A stretch of 64,000 bases of DNA from Tolypothrix carrinoi HA7290-LM1 (GCA_019358935.1 JAHHIK010000026.1:1-64000), one strand, 5' to 3'; numbered from the stretch's first letter, positions 42,308 to 53,286 are shown. The notes: generated from the sequence alone by a model not told the origin. A program made the numbers and translations.

Positions 42308-42500
42308 TGGGCATGGGGCATTGGGCATTGGGGAGGCAGTGCGGTCTTGGGGTCTCCCCAAGTGGAGCATCTGCCGTCATCGGGCATTGGTAATTTTAAC
42401 TCCCCCTCTCCCCCTGCTCCCTGCAAGAGTGCCCCCTGCTCCCTGCAAGAGTGCCCCATGCCCCATGCCCCATGCCCCATGCCCAATGCCCCATGCCCAA
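42308..42500. repeat. Heptamer arrays with embedded hairpin element (42333-42377)
   Basis: GAGGCAGTGC...GCATCTGCCGT inside TGGGCAT repeats. Confidence 0.85.
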
Positions 42501-42653
42501 TTTCTTGATGAAACATAAAGTTAAGGCAAAGAAAAAGTAAATAAAGTTGACATTATTGCTCTCAAACGTCAAGCTAGTGCAAAGAAGCCTTGATTAGTTG
42601 CTTAAAATTAACTAAGCATAGCTATTCATGGAATACTCTATTAAAGTACGTAG

Positions 42654-43970
<1,317 letters not shown>

Positions 43971-44021
43971 GTAGAGATGTTCCGGCGGAACGTCTATACT
44001 TAGTCTAAATATATTATTTCT

Positions 44022-44049
44022 GGGATAGGTAAATTACCTATCCTTTTTT
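44022..44049 (+). terminator. Intrinsic terminator after ahcY
   Basis: GGATAGGTAA/TTACCTATCC inverted repeat followed by a T-tract. Confidence 0.65.
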
Positions 44050-44276
44050 AATATTTGTAGTGAGGTGAGCGCTGTTAGCGCTCACTACGAATGTTATATC
44101 AGTATATATCCCGAACAAATATAAAAAGTCGATAAACCAGTGTTTTTATATTGACGATAAAAGAATAATTATGCCAAGTTGTAGAAGTTTCTGAAAGTAA
44201 AGCAAATCAGCTTTTTTACAGAAATTTCGATTAATGGGCATGAGTTTATATCAATAAAAACCGGGGTTTTTCTTTC

Positions 44277-44726
44277 ATGAAAATCAAAAAATTACTAGGA
44301 ACATTTTTGCTATCCAATATAGCGATCGCACTTTTTTTATCTGCCAATCCAGCAATGGCAGCAACTGTTAGCGCAAATCATCACTCCACCTCTTCAATCT
44401 TGCTAGCTGACATTAAAACCAAATACGTCAAAGATGCTGACGAAAATCTCGACTCTGCTTTAGAAGCAATGAACAATGCGGCTGATGCTGAAAGCGATGC
44501 AGATGCAGTGCAGTATTTCGACACAGCAATGGAACATTTAAAAAATGCCGCTACTGCTTTGAAAAAAGGAGGAATGCTTGATAATGCAAAAAAAATAGAA
44601 AATGCCATACAAGCTTTAAACGATGCTGTTGAAACTGATTCCGAAAAACAACAAGATAAACTGATTGAAATCGCAATAGATTCTCTCAATCAAGTAGATG
44701 AGGCTCTTAAGGCAGTTTTGAATTAA
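44277..44726 (+). CDS. Secreted alpha-helical hypothetical protein
   Basis: Signal peptide ending in PAMA; acidic helical mature part. Confidence 0.75.
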   Translation: MKIKKLLGTFLLSNIAIALFLSANPAMAATVSANHHSTSSILLADIKTKYVKDADENLDSALEAMNNAADAESDADAVQYFDTAMEHLKNAATALKKGGMLDNAKKIENAIQALNDAVETDSEKQQDKLIEIAIDSLNQVDEALKAVLN

Positions 44727-44836
44727 AACTTAAAAGTGATAAATCAGGATTTAGCATCACTCATAATTTATAAATATTCAACATCTAGGGGCACGCTTTC
44801 AAGCCTGCCCCTATTGCTTGGAATACACTTTTAAAC

Positions 44837-45088
44837 AGGACTTACGCAAAAATTCTCTCTTTTCCTCATTCCTCTGTGAACTCTGCGTCGCGCCAGTCGC
44901 TACAACGGGGGGAACCCCCGCAACGCGCTGGCTTCTCTGCGGTTCGTTTTTTCACTCGTAAATTGGCTGTGCCTTGTTACGCAATTCTTGTGGGCTGCTG
45001 CCTCATCCGATCTGACCGGAGGCAACCTCTTTCCTTCGTGTTCTTCGTGTCTTTGCGGTTCGTTTTTTCATGACTTTGCGTAAGTCAT
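44837..45088. mobile_element. MITE-like element carrying nested repeats
   Basis: AGGACTTACGCAAA...TTTGCGTAAGTC TIRs; internal CTCTGCG repeats and a hairpin element at 44890-44934. Confidence 0.65.
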
Positions 45089-45171
45089 ATTTTTGTGAAA
45101 AACACTGTAATTCCGTAATTCGGAAAACAAGCTTGTATAAATTTAAAGGTAGAACATATGAGAAAGCAAAT

Positions 45172-47250
45172 ATGACCGAACAAACAACTCAAATACCCAA
45201 CTTATACGCTTTATTGATTGGTATTGACTACTATCTACCAGGTCAATTACCGGATGGAGGTTATTATGCGAGCCTTGGAGGATGTGTACGCGATATTAAA
45301 CGGGTAGAGGATTACCTCAAAAAGACGCAGAAGCCGAAGCAAATCTTTAAGCTGACATCTTCTAATACCGGTGCTACGGAACCACCCGAACCTAAAGAGC
45401 AATTGCCTACTTACGAAAATATCGTTGCGAAGTTTCACGCAATTACTGAGATAGCCCAAAAAGACGACCAAGTTTATATTCATTATTCTGGTCATGGGGG
45501 GCGTGCAAAGACAATCTATCCAGAATTGAAGGGTGCGGGACAACCTGATGAAGCGCTTGTACCGATGGATATTGTCAAAACAAATGAACGCTATCTCCGA
45601 GACGTTGAAATTGCAACACTCCTGAAAAAGATGGTGAATAAGGGGTTAGTTGTCACAGTGGTGTTTGATAGCTGTCACTCTGGAGGTACTACACGAGGGG
45701 ATACGGCAATTCGAGGACTGGAAGGAGAACCGGACACGACATCACGACCTACAGACAGCTTAGTGGCATCGCGTGAGGAATTAATTAATAACTGGCTTGA
45801 GATTACAGGGGGAACAGCTCGCAAAGCTAATGCAGGTGATTGGCTTCCGGAATCGCGAGATTATGTTTTGTTAGCAGCTTGTCGCCCTTCGGAGTATGCT
45901 TTTGAGTCTGTATTCAATGGTAAGGAGAGTAATGGAGCGCTTACTTACTGGATGCTAGATACTTTAGCTAACCCAAGTCCAGACTTGACATATAAGTCAC
46001 TTTACGATCGCGTTTACGCCAAAGTCCAAAGTCAATTTCAAACCCAAACACCGATGCTATTTGGCGAGGGTGAACGTCAAGTTTTTGGCAGAAGTTACAC
46101 AAATGTACATTATACAGTAAATGTTCTCAAAGTAGATACTGCTAGAAATCGGGTGCTATTAGATGCAGGTATAGCACAGGGACTGGGTGAAGGGGCAAGA
46201 TTTGCTATTTATGCACCAGGTACAACAGATTTTAGCGAGAAAAACAAGCCGTTAGCGATCGCCCAAGTTTCAGCAGATATTACTCCCGGTGACGCTTGGG
46301 CTGTGATTGACCCAAATTCGCTGCGTGGAAATATTCAGCAAGCATCTCCGGCAATTATGTTATCAGCTGCGATCGCACTTGTGCGGCGAGTTCGTCTGTT
46401 TGAGAAACAAGACGATAGCACGAAATTGATGAAAAGTCAAACGGATGCACTCACAGCAGTCAAAGCTGCAATTCCGAGAACTGGCAAAGGTTGGGTAGAG
46501 TTAGCAAATGAAGGTGAACACTATCAAGTTGCGATTAATACTTCGGGCGAGTATGAAATATGCGATCGCAACGGTACGCCATTTCCCAATTTACGACCAG
46601 CGTTGTTAGTAGGCGATCGTGATGCTGCGGAAAACGTAGTTAAGCGCTTAGTTCATCTTACTAAATACCAGGCTGCCCAAGAACTGGAAAATCTTTCAGT
46701 TTTAACCAACAAGTTGGTAGTTCAGTTAACTGACAAAAACAAAAAGCCATTAGCTGAGCCTACTAAACAAACATTGCAAACTGAAGAAAATACATTTTTA
46801 TATATCAAGAATGAGTCTAACCAAGACTTGAATGTTGTCGTCATGGATCTTCAGTCAGATTGGGCTATTTCTCAACTTGACATATTAGAAGATGGGGCAC
46901 CTTTTGTCACTTTTAACCCGAAGCAAGAAGAATTGATTCGCTTAAGTTTCAAACTGCCAGAGGGGTATAAAGAAGGTAAAGACATCTTAAAGGTATTTGC
47001 GACAGTTGGACCTGCTAAGTTTCGCTGGCTAGAATTACCGTCCTTGGACAAACCGATTAAAGCAAGAAAAGCAGCATTCGATGAATATGACGAGAATACA
47101 CCCAGAGGTGGTGGCGATCCACTTGACAAACTTTTGTCAGCTATTAGTGCCGATCCTGATGAGATACCTCCTACCCGTGAAGCACAATTTATGAGTTCAA
47201 ATCGCGGCTGGACGACAAAAACTGTGACAATCACTGTGAAAGCGGTTTAA
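45172..47250 (+). CDS. Caspase-like protease (peptidase C14) with C-terminal extension
   Basis: ALLIGIDYY, GCVRD and catalytic dyad motifs HYSGHG and FDSCHSG. Start MTEQ. Confidence 0.9.
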   Translation: MTEQTTQIPNLYALLIGIDYYLPGQLPDGGYYASLGGCVRDIKRVEDYLKKTQKPKQIFKLTSSNTGATEPPEPKEQLPTYENIVAKFHAITEIAQKDDQVYIHYSGHGGRAKTIYPELKGAGQPDEALVPMDIVKTNERYLRDVEIATLLKKMVNKGLVVTVVFDSCHSGGTTRGDTAIRGLEGEPDTTSRPTDSLVASREELINNWLEITGGTARKANAGDWLPESRDYVLLAACRPSEYAFESVFNGKESNGALTYWMLDTLANPSPDLTYKSLYDRVYAKVQSQFQTQTPMLFGEGERQVFGRSYTNVHYTVNVLKVDTARNRVLLDAGIAQGLGEGARFAIYAPGTTDFSEKNKPLAIAQVSADITPGDAWAVIDPNSLRGNIQQASPAIMLSAAIALVRRVRLFEKQDDSTKLMKSQTDALTAVKAAIPRTGKGWVELANEGEHYQVAINTSGEYEICDRNGTPFPNLRPALLVGDRDAAENVVKRLVHLTKYQAAQELENLSVLTNKLVVQLTDKNKKPLAEPTKQTLQTEENTFLYIKNESNQDLNVVVMDLQSDWAISQLDILEDGAPFVTFNPKQEELIRLSFKLPEGYKEGKDILKVFATVGPAKFRWLELPSLDKPIKARKAAFDEYDENTPRGGGDPLDKLLSAISADPDEIPPTREAQFMSSNRGWTTKTVTITVKAV

Positions 47251-47275
47251 TCCCAAGTGCGTACAAAGCCTGCCC

Positions 47276-47333
47276 AGAAACCCGGTTTCTTGAAGAAACC
47301 GGGTTTCTGAAGTTTGAAGAAACCCGGTTTCTG
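47276..47333. repeat. AGAAACCCGGTTTCT palindromic repeats (possible bidirectional terminator)
   Basis: Three palindromic units between convergent genes; similar pair at 63029-63066. Confidence 0.7.
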
Positions 47334-47338
47334 AAGAT

Positions 47339-48208
47339 TCAAGCCGCACAAAAAATAGGGGCAGGCTTGAAACCTACCCCTACTTGTGGTATAATCCGCC
47401 CAACTGCGGCGGCTACGAGTCTTAAGCTATCAACTAAATCCACCATGTCTTCTAAAGACAGCGCTTGACGGGCATCAGAAACGGATTTTTCCGGTTCTGG
47501 GTGACACTCGATAATTAACCCATCTGCGCCACAAGCTACCGCAGCTTTCGCCATAGCTGCTACCAATTCGCGTTTGCCTACGGCGTGGGATGGATCTACA
47601 ATTACAGGTAAGTGAGTAATTTGCTTGAGAGCCGCTACAGCCGCTAAATCCAAGACGTTGCGGGTGTAATCATCAAAGCTGCGAATACCTCTTTCGCACA
47701 GTACCACATTTGGGTTGCCGTGACTTAAAATATATTCGGCTGCCATAACGAATTCTTCAATTGTCGCGGCTAAACCACGCTTGAGGAGTATCGGCTTACC
47801 GGCTTGTCCTAAAGCTTTGAGCAAGTCGAAGTTTTGCATGTTGCGGCTACCAACTTGCAGCATATCAGCATGGGTGGCGATCGCTTCAATTTGCGAGATT
47901 GACATAACTTCGGTGACAACTGGGATATTGTAACGCGATCGCACTCTTGCCAAAATTTCCAGTCCTTCTTCTCCCATTCCCTGAAAGGCGTAGGGTGACG
48001 TTCGCGGCTTGTAAACACCGCCACGCAAAGCTTGTACGGGCGCAGCAGATAGCTTTTGGGCGACTGTTTCCATTTGCTCTAAGCTTTCCACCGTGCAAGG
48101 TCCACCGATAATCACCAGTTCTTTACCGCCAAAAGCGACTTTTTCAGAGACATTGACGATTGTTTGGTGGTGAAGATGAGATTGTGAAGCAAGTTTGGCA
48201 TTAATCAT
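47339..48208 (-). CDS. aroF: DAHP synthase, class I-beta, catalytic core only
   Basis: IIGGPC, RGGVYKPRTSPY, LLKRG, CERGIR and VDPSH motifs; 289 aa; AAGGAG RBS. Confidence 0.93.
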   Translation of the reverse strand: MINAKLASQSHLHHQTIVNVSEKVAFGGKELVIIGGPCTVESLEQMETVAQKLSAAPVQALRGGVYKPRTSPYAFQGMGEEGLEILARVRSRYNIPVVTEVMSISQIEAIATHADMLQVGSRNMQNFDLLKALGQAGKPILLKRGLAATIEEFVMAAEYILSHGNPNVVLCERGIRSFDDYTRNVLDLAAVAALKQITHLPVIVDPSHAVGKRELVAAMAKAAVACGADGLIIECHPEPEKSVSDARQALSLEDMVDLVDSLRLVAAAVGRIIPQVGVGFKPAPIFCAA

Positions 48209-48229
48209 CGGTTCGATTCTCCTTACAAT

Positions 48230-48259
48230 AAAAAAGCCCAGAACTTTTAAGTTCCGGGC
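48230..48259 (-). terminator. Attenuator terminator 2
   Basis: Minus strand GCCCGGAACT-TAAA-AGTTCTGGGC-TTTTTT; the G-U pair forms only on the minus strand. Confidence 0.85.
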
Positions 48260-48286
48260 GCGTTCGATACATCAGCATGACGCTAT

Positions 48287-48349
48287 TCACCCGGAGCTTG
48301 CCCCGCGCCAAAAGTAAAAACCATAAAACCAGCTACCGAAATGAGTCAT
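48287..48349 (-). CDS. Aromatic-rich leader peptide 2 (MTHFGSWFYGFYFWRGASSG)
   Basis: AGGAG RBS at 48362-48366; 8 of 20 codons are F/Y/W; in-frame GTG at 48352 is an alternative start. Confidence 0.85.
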   Translation of the reverse strand: MTHFGSWFYGFYFWRGASSG

Positions 48350-48366
48350 CACGCTGAAAATCTCCT

Positions 48367-48401
48367 AAAAAAACAAAAACCGCAGAGTTCGCTCTGCGGT
48401 T
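48367..48401 (-). terminator. Attenuator terminator 1
   Basis: Minus strand AACCGCAGAG-CGAA-CTCTGCGGTT followed by TTTGTTTTTTT. Confidence 0.85.
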
Positions 48402-48431
48402 CACCGGGCTGTTTCCACTGGGAAACTTGAC

Positions 48432-48488
48432 TCACCCCCGGTGAACCACCCTAAACCAAAAATAAAAGTAGGAATTACTGCTTAACAT
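48432..48488 (-). CDS. Aromatic-rich leader peptide 1 (MLSSNSYFYFWFRVVHRG)
   Basis: Six consecutive aromatic codons TAC TTT TAT TTT TGG TTT. Its 3' end carries the antiterminator arm GGTTCACCGGG. Confidence 0.8.
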   Translation of the reverse strand: MLSSNSYFYFWFRVVHRG

Positions 48489-48537
48489 TTGCGCGGTGCT
48501 TTGTTGTGAAATTTCATGTAAAACTACATTAACAAAG

Positions 48538-48567
48538 AACTTATCACAGCACTTCTAACCTTGTCAA
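48538..48567 (-). promoter_or_regulatory. Sigma70-type promoter of the aroF leader
   Basis: TTGACA (48562-48567), 18-bp spacer, extended -10 TGaTAAGTT (48538-48546). Confidence 0.6.
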
Positions 48568-48602
48568 GGCTCCCACCAGACCAAAAAAGAGTTAGAAGTT
48601 AG

Positions 48603-48706
48603 GTAGAGACGTTCCACACCGAACGTCTGTACAAAAGGCGCGGAGTTAGGAGTTGTAGAGACGTTCCACACCGAACGTCTCTACAAAAGGCGCGGAGTTA
48701 TAAGTT
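48603..48706. repeat. 52-bp tandem duplication of a GTAG palindrome unit
   Basis: GTAGAGACGTTCCACACCGAACGTCT(G/C)TACAAAAGGCGCGGAGTTA x2. Confidence 0.85.
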
Positions 48707-48821
48707 ATAAGTTGTAAATTATAAATTATGATTGCGACTCCCCACTCCTCCACTCCCCCACTAAGAGCACTCCTCCACTCCCCCACTCCCCACTAAGAGC
48801 ACTCCCACCTTAAGTTTGATT

Positions 48822-49364
48822 ATGCCTAGTTCCAAAATATTAGCCGTGCCTTTAAATTATCAAGGAGTTTACCCTTGCCCAGTCTGTCGTGTTGGTAAAA
48901 TTCGCGACATGCATTTAATGGAGGCTATGTCTTGTGACTTCTGTCATGAGATTTTTACCGTCAATCTAGAACAACAGCAACTGAAGATGCCTTCTCGTCA
49001 ACCACCGCTGACTTGGCGTTGGAATGGCTTTAATTGGACAGAAACTCAGTTGGAAGGTGTGGAATTGGGTTGGGGTTATGCCCTAGGTGCCGTTGCTTTT
49101 GTGCTTTTTCCGACTATTATCATCGGCATAGTCGCTTACAATTTTCCTTTAGATCCACATGCTCCGATTACTTGGTTGCCTTCTATCTGGACTTGCTTAA
49201 CCTTTTTGCTGCATTTCTCAATTATTGTTTGGCTGTTGATTGAGATTTATCAGGTTCCTCTTGGTGCGTATTGGAGAGGTATCGTCCGATGGAGAGAAGT
49301 CCGAGCGACGGTTACGAGCGCTCGGAACTTCCAAAGAAATAGCGTTATCAGAAACGGGGAATAG
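48822..49364 (+). CDS. Hypothetical Zn-ribbon membrane protein
   Basis: CPVC...CDFC followed by two hydrophobic helices. Confidence 0.75.
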   Translation: MPSSKILAVPLNYQGVYPCPVCRVGKIRDMHLMEAMSCDFCHEIFTVNLEQQQLKMPSRQPPLTWRWNGFNWTETQLEGVELGWGYALGAVAFVLFPTIIIGIVAYNFPLDPHAPITWLPSIWTCLTFLLHFSIIVWLLIEIYQVPLGAYWRGIVRWREVRATVTSARNFQRNSVIRNGE

Positions 49365-49671
49365 GAAATAAGGAATAGAAAATGGGAAATAACCCTCTGT
49401 TTGTACCAGTCGCTAGTATTATTTCTTATGCATTAAAGAAAATTATGTCACTGCGTCAGGTAGCATACAAGTATGTTTTGTTGGGCAGAAAACTACTGCC
49501 GCTTGCGTGAGATATCAAGAAGCGTCAAGTTGCTAAAAATCTCACGGATGGCGGTAAAAAATGGCGGAATATACCGTTATCTACCCAACAAAACCTAAAT
49601 TTGCGCTCAAATTAAGCAAATAAAGGGTTGCATCACTTCACTATTAACTTGATTTTCCACCAAAACGTCTT

Positions 49672-50319
49672 ATGAGCGAGCTGGAGCGGTACTATAGAGT
49701 CTTGGAATTAGAACCCGGAGCAACACTGGAGGAAGTAAACCAAGCTTACAAAGATTTGGTTTTTGTGTGGCATCCCGATCGCATTCCCTTAGATAATCTC
49801 CGCTTGCAACAAAAAGCACAAGATAAGCTGAAAGCAATTAATGAAGCTCGTGATAAATTGCGCTCTTTTAAGGCAAAGTATCAAGTTTCACAAACTTCAT
49901 CACCTTCTCAACCAAAAAAGTCTTCCGAACCAACTCAGCAACCACCAAAGAAAAGCTCAGACTTGAGTGGCAAAGACTACAGTCGGGCAAATTTGAGCAA
50001 CAAAGATTTATCTGGCAGAAACCTGAGTTACTCTAACTTGAATGGTGCTAATCTCAGCGATACTTTTATGCACAAAGTTAATCTTAGAGGCGCAGATTTG
50101 TCGGAAGCAAATTTGTTTCGGGCAAACTTACTTTTAGCCGATCTTCGAGAAGCTAATTTGCGGAATGCGAACTTGATTGGAGCGGATCTCAGTGGAGCAG
50201 ATTTGCGCGGAGCCGACTTTACAGGAGCAAGAATTCGCTCCGGCGATCGCCTGCTTGTAAAACTAATTGGTGCTAATTTGTCTGGCGCAATTATGCCTGA
50301 TGGCACAATTCATGCCTAA
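49672..50319 (+). CDS. DnaJ-domain / pentapeptide repeat protein
   Basis: J-domain WHPD motif; A(D/N)LXX repeats. Confidence 0.92.
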   Translation: MSELERYYRVLELEPGATLEEVNQAYKDLVFVWHPDRIPLDNLRLQQKAQDKLKAINEARDKLRSFKAKYQVSQTSSPSQPKKSSEPTQQPPKKSSDLSGKDYSRANLSNKDLSGRNLSYSNLNGANLSDTFMHKVNLRGADLSEANLFRANLLLADLREANLRNANLIGADLSGADLRGADFTGARIRSGDRLLVKLIGANLSGAIMPDGTIHA

Positions 50320-50513
50320 TTAACGTCACGTTTGTGACATTTAGGCTTTCATCTATTACGTATTTTAACTTGTTACGAAGTTACATTTATTCAACAAATA
50401 GCAATAACAACTTGTATTCTCTCGTTGAAATTCGATCTATGAAACTTTCTTTGAATGTACTGATTAATTAACTATTAACACTTAATTAAAACGGGTTTAT
50501 ATAAGTCATAAAA

Positions 50514-51083
50514 ATGAGCACAGATTTTTCATTGACCTCTTTCCCAAAGCTAGAGACAGAACGTCTTTTTCTACATCAAGAAACCCCAAAGGATGCTGAA
50601 GCCGTCTTTGCTGTGTTTTCTGACCCAAAAGTGACTCAATTTCATGACCTTGATACTTTCACTCTTATCGAGGAGGCATTTGGTGTCATTGAGCGACGGA
50701 CTAAACGATTTGAAATGGGACGTGGAATACGATGGGGAATTACGCGCAAGCAAGACAATACCTTAATTGGTTCCTGTGGCTTTACATGGGATCAACAAGC
50801 AATGGGTGCTGATATGGGTTATGAACTTGCCAGCACCTATTGGAGACAAGGCATTATGACGGAGGCATTGCAAAGTATTCTCCAATTCGCGTTTGATGAG
50901 ATGCGCTTGCGCTTTGTTACTGCCGAAGTCATGTTGGATAATATTGCTTCTAAGAAACTATTGTCTAAGTTAGGCTTTCAGAGTCGGGGTGTGCTGAAAC
51001 AGCATGGATTTTGGAAGGGACAGCATCATGATTTGGAGCAATTTGTACTAACCTTTTCTGAGAATTATTATCATTATAATTGA
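50514..51083 (+). CDS. GNAT N-acetyltransferase (RimJ/RimL family)
   Basis: LETERL, YWRQGIMTEAL and NIASKKLL..LGF motifs. Confidence 0.88.
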   Translation: MSTDFSLTSFPKLETERLFLHQETPKDAEAVFAVFSDPKVTQFHDLDTFTLIEEAFGVIERRTKRFEMGRGIRWGITRKQDNTLIGSCGFTWDQQAMGADMGYELASTYWRQGIMTEALQSILQFAFDEMRLRFVTAEVMLDNIASKKLLSKLGFQSRGVLKQHGFWKGQHHDLEQFVLTFSENYYHYN

Positions 51084-51343
51084 GATTTATATCTTGGCAG
51101 CGCCTTTTTTTTAATCTATTTATATCTTTGTCTTTTTCCAGAAAGAAATTATAGGAGCTTGTATAGCAGTTTGTTTAGGATTCGCGAAAAAACAAGATAC
51201 CCGACTTCTTATAGAAGTCGGGTATCTGAAGATTATCTATTTTTATAAATGAAATAAAATTGCTATATCAATTTATTTTGTGACCAAACCAAGGCGAACA
51301 TCCTTTCTTTGGTCATCACCATACAACGCTTAAGATAAAACTG

Positions 51344-51500
51344 GGTGATGATTAAGATTACAGACAACGGTTTTAGAATTTCCAGAAAATCAAGCAAAGA
51401 TATTTGAAACTTTTTTCACCACCAAACCTATCGGAATTAATACAAATTTAGGCTGATCGATTAGTTACCCAATTATAGTAGAAAAACACGGCGCTATTTT
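51344..51500 (+). pseudogene. Histidine kinase HATPase fragment
   Basis: VMIKITDNG, a frameshift, then KIFETFFTTKPIG...LG*SISYPIIVEKHG with an internal stop. Confidence 0.65.
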
Positions 51501-51802
51501 TAAGCATAGCAAATCTGATATTGGCACATAGTACAACAAAAGCGATCGCATACGCCAATTCCCGCACCAATCTCTAAGCGCGACATCTGCGGAAATTCCC
51601 TACTAGCTATTAGTCACAGTTTCTAGTTTTGCCATATCTACGCTTGTATATCCAGAGGTTTACATCGCGTTAGTTGCAAATTAAACCAATATGCCTTAGG
51701 GCAGAAAAAGCGATTATTTTCATTCTCTGATGTAAGTTGTATTGTCATTCATGACCTGCAATATGAGAAACTTGGCAATATTACCTAAAAATCAAATTTA
51801 AG

Positions 51803-52288
51803 ATGAGCAGCACAATTTCTGATATTACAGTCAAAACCATCAACGGTGAGGAAAAGCGACTAAAGGAGTACGCTGGTAAGGTACTCCTAATTGTCAATGT
51901 CGCTTCTATGTGTGGTTATACCCCCCAATACGAAGGATTAGAAAAGTTAAACCAAATGTATCGAGATGCAGGGTTACGTATCCTCGCGTTCCCCTGTAAT
52001 GATTTTGGTGAGCAGGAACCAGGAAGCAATGAAGAAATTGCCCAATTCTGCACAAGCAACTATGGCGTTACTTTTGAGTTATTTGATAAAGTTCATGCTA
52101 AAGGTTCGCAGCAGCACCCACTTTATGCGCGACTCACTAATGCTGTAGAGCCAACCGGACCGATTTCTTGGAACTTTGAAAAATTTTTAGTCAACAAACA
52201 AGGTGAGGTAGTAGCTCGATTTAAAAGTAGTGTAAAGCCATATTCACCAGATTTAATTGCCACTCTAGAAGGAGAATTAGCAAAATAA
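51803..52288 (+). CDS. Glutathione peroxidase family (Cys-type)
   Basis: NVASMCGYT, AFPCNDFGEQEPG and WNFEKFLV motifs. Confidence 0.93.
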   Translation: MSSTISDITVKTINGEEKRLKEYAGKVLLIVNVASMCGYTPQYEGLEKLNQMYRDAGLRILAFPCNDFGEQEPGSNEEIAQFCTSNYGVTFELFDKVHAKGSQQHPLYARLTNAVEPTGPISWNFEKFLVNKQGEVVARFKSSVKPYSPDLIATLEGELAK

Positions 52289-52435
52289 TTGGGTAATGGG
52301 TAATGGGTAATGGGTAGTGGGTAGTGGGTAATGGGTAGGAGTACTTTTTTACAACGCTCCAACTCACAACTCACAACGCTCCACCTAACAAATAACAACT
52401 AACAATTAACAAATTCGATAATTTCTACCTAAAGT

Positions 52436-53263
52436 ATGATGAATATTGCAATCATTGGTTGTGGTTATGTAGGTTATGCGATCGCTCGATATTGGCAACA
52501 AAATTCATATGACGTTGTCACTGCCACTACAACTACTCAGTCGCGTGTTCCAGCACTGAAATCAGTAGCCCAAAAGGTTGTAGTAGTCTCAGGAAATGAC
52601 CCAGAAGCTCTACAATCGGTATTGCAAAATCAAGATGTTGTACTGCTGAGTATTGGTGCAAAAAGTGCCAATGTCTACGAAGAAACTTATCTCCACACCG
52701 CCAGAAATTTAGTTTCCGTCTTGCGGCAGATTCCTAGTGTACGTCATCTGATATATACAGGAAGTTATGCAGTTTACGGTGACAGAAACGGTGCTTGGGT
52801 TTCGGAAGAAACACCTGTTACACCTGCCAATTCCAATGGAGAAATTCTCAGTCAAACTGAGGATGTGCTGCTATCAGCAGAAAGCGAAAATCTCCGGGTT
52901 TGTATTTTACGATTGGGGGGAATTTATGGACCAGATAGGGAATTGGTAAAAATATTTGGTCGAGCTGCTGGTACAACCCGTCCCGGCGATGGTAATGATG
53001 TAACTAACTGGATTCACCTTGATGATATCGTTGGTGCAATTGAGTTTGTCCGTCAACACAACTTACAAGGTATTTATAACTTGGTTGATGACGCACATCT
53101 TCAAAGTCGAGAATTGCTTGACACTTTGTTTGCCAAACACAATTTACCTCAAGTGATGTGGGATTCTTCCCAAACAAGTAATCGCCCATATAATGCTAAA
53201 GTGTCGAATCAAAAGATAAAAGATGCCGGATATGAATTGATTCATCCAAAAATGATTTTTTAG
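52436..53263 (+). CDS. Atypical SDR / NAD-dependent epimerase family
   Basis: GCGYVG, LRLGGIYGP and NWIHLDD motifs. Confidence 0.88.
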   Translation: MMNIAIIGCGYVGYAIARYWQQNSYDVVTATTTTQSRVPALKSVAQKVVVVSGNDPEALQSVLQNQDVVLLSIGAKSANVYEETYLHTARNLVSVLRQIPSVRHLIYTGSYAVYGDRNGAWVSEETPVTPANSNGEILSQTEDVLLSAESENLRVCILRLGGIYGPDRELVKIFGRAAGTTRPGDGNDVTNWIHLDDIVGAIEFVRQHNLQGIYNLVDDAHLQSRELLDTLFAKHNLPQVMWDSSQTSNRPYNAKVSNQKIKDAGYELIHPKMIF

Positions 53264-53286
53264 TAGATATTAAATTAAGGTTGGGT

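Noticed and set aside
48603..48706. Possible CRISPR mini-array
   Set aside because: Only two units with near-identical intervening sequence; the palindrome is a dispersed repeat; no cas genes.
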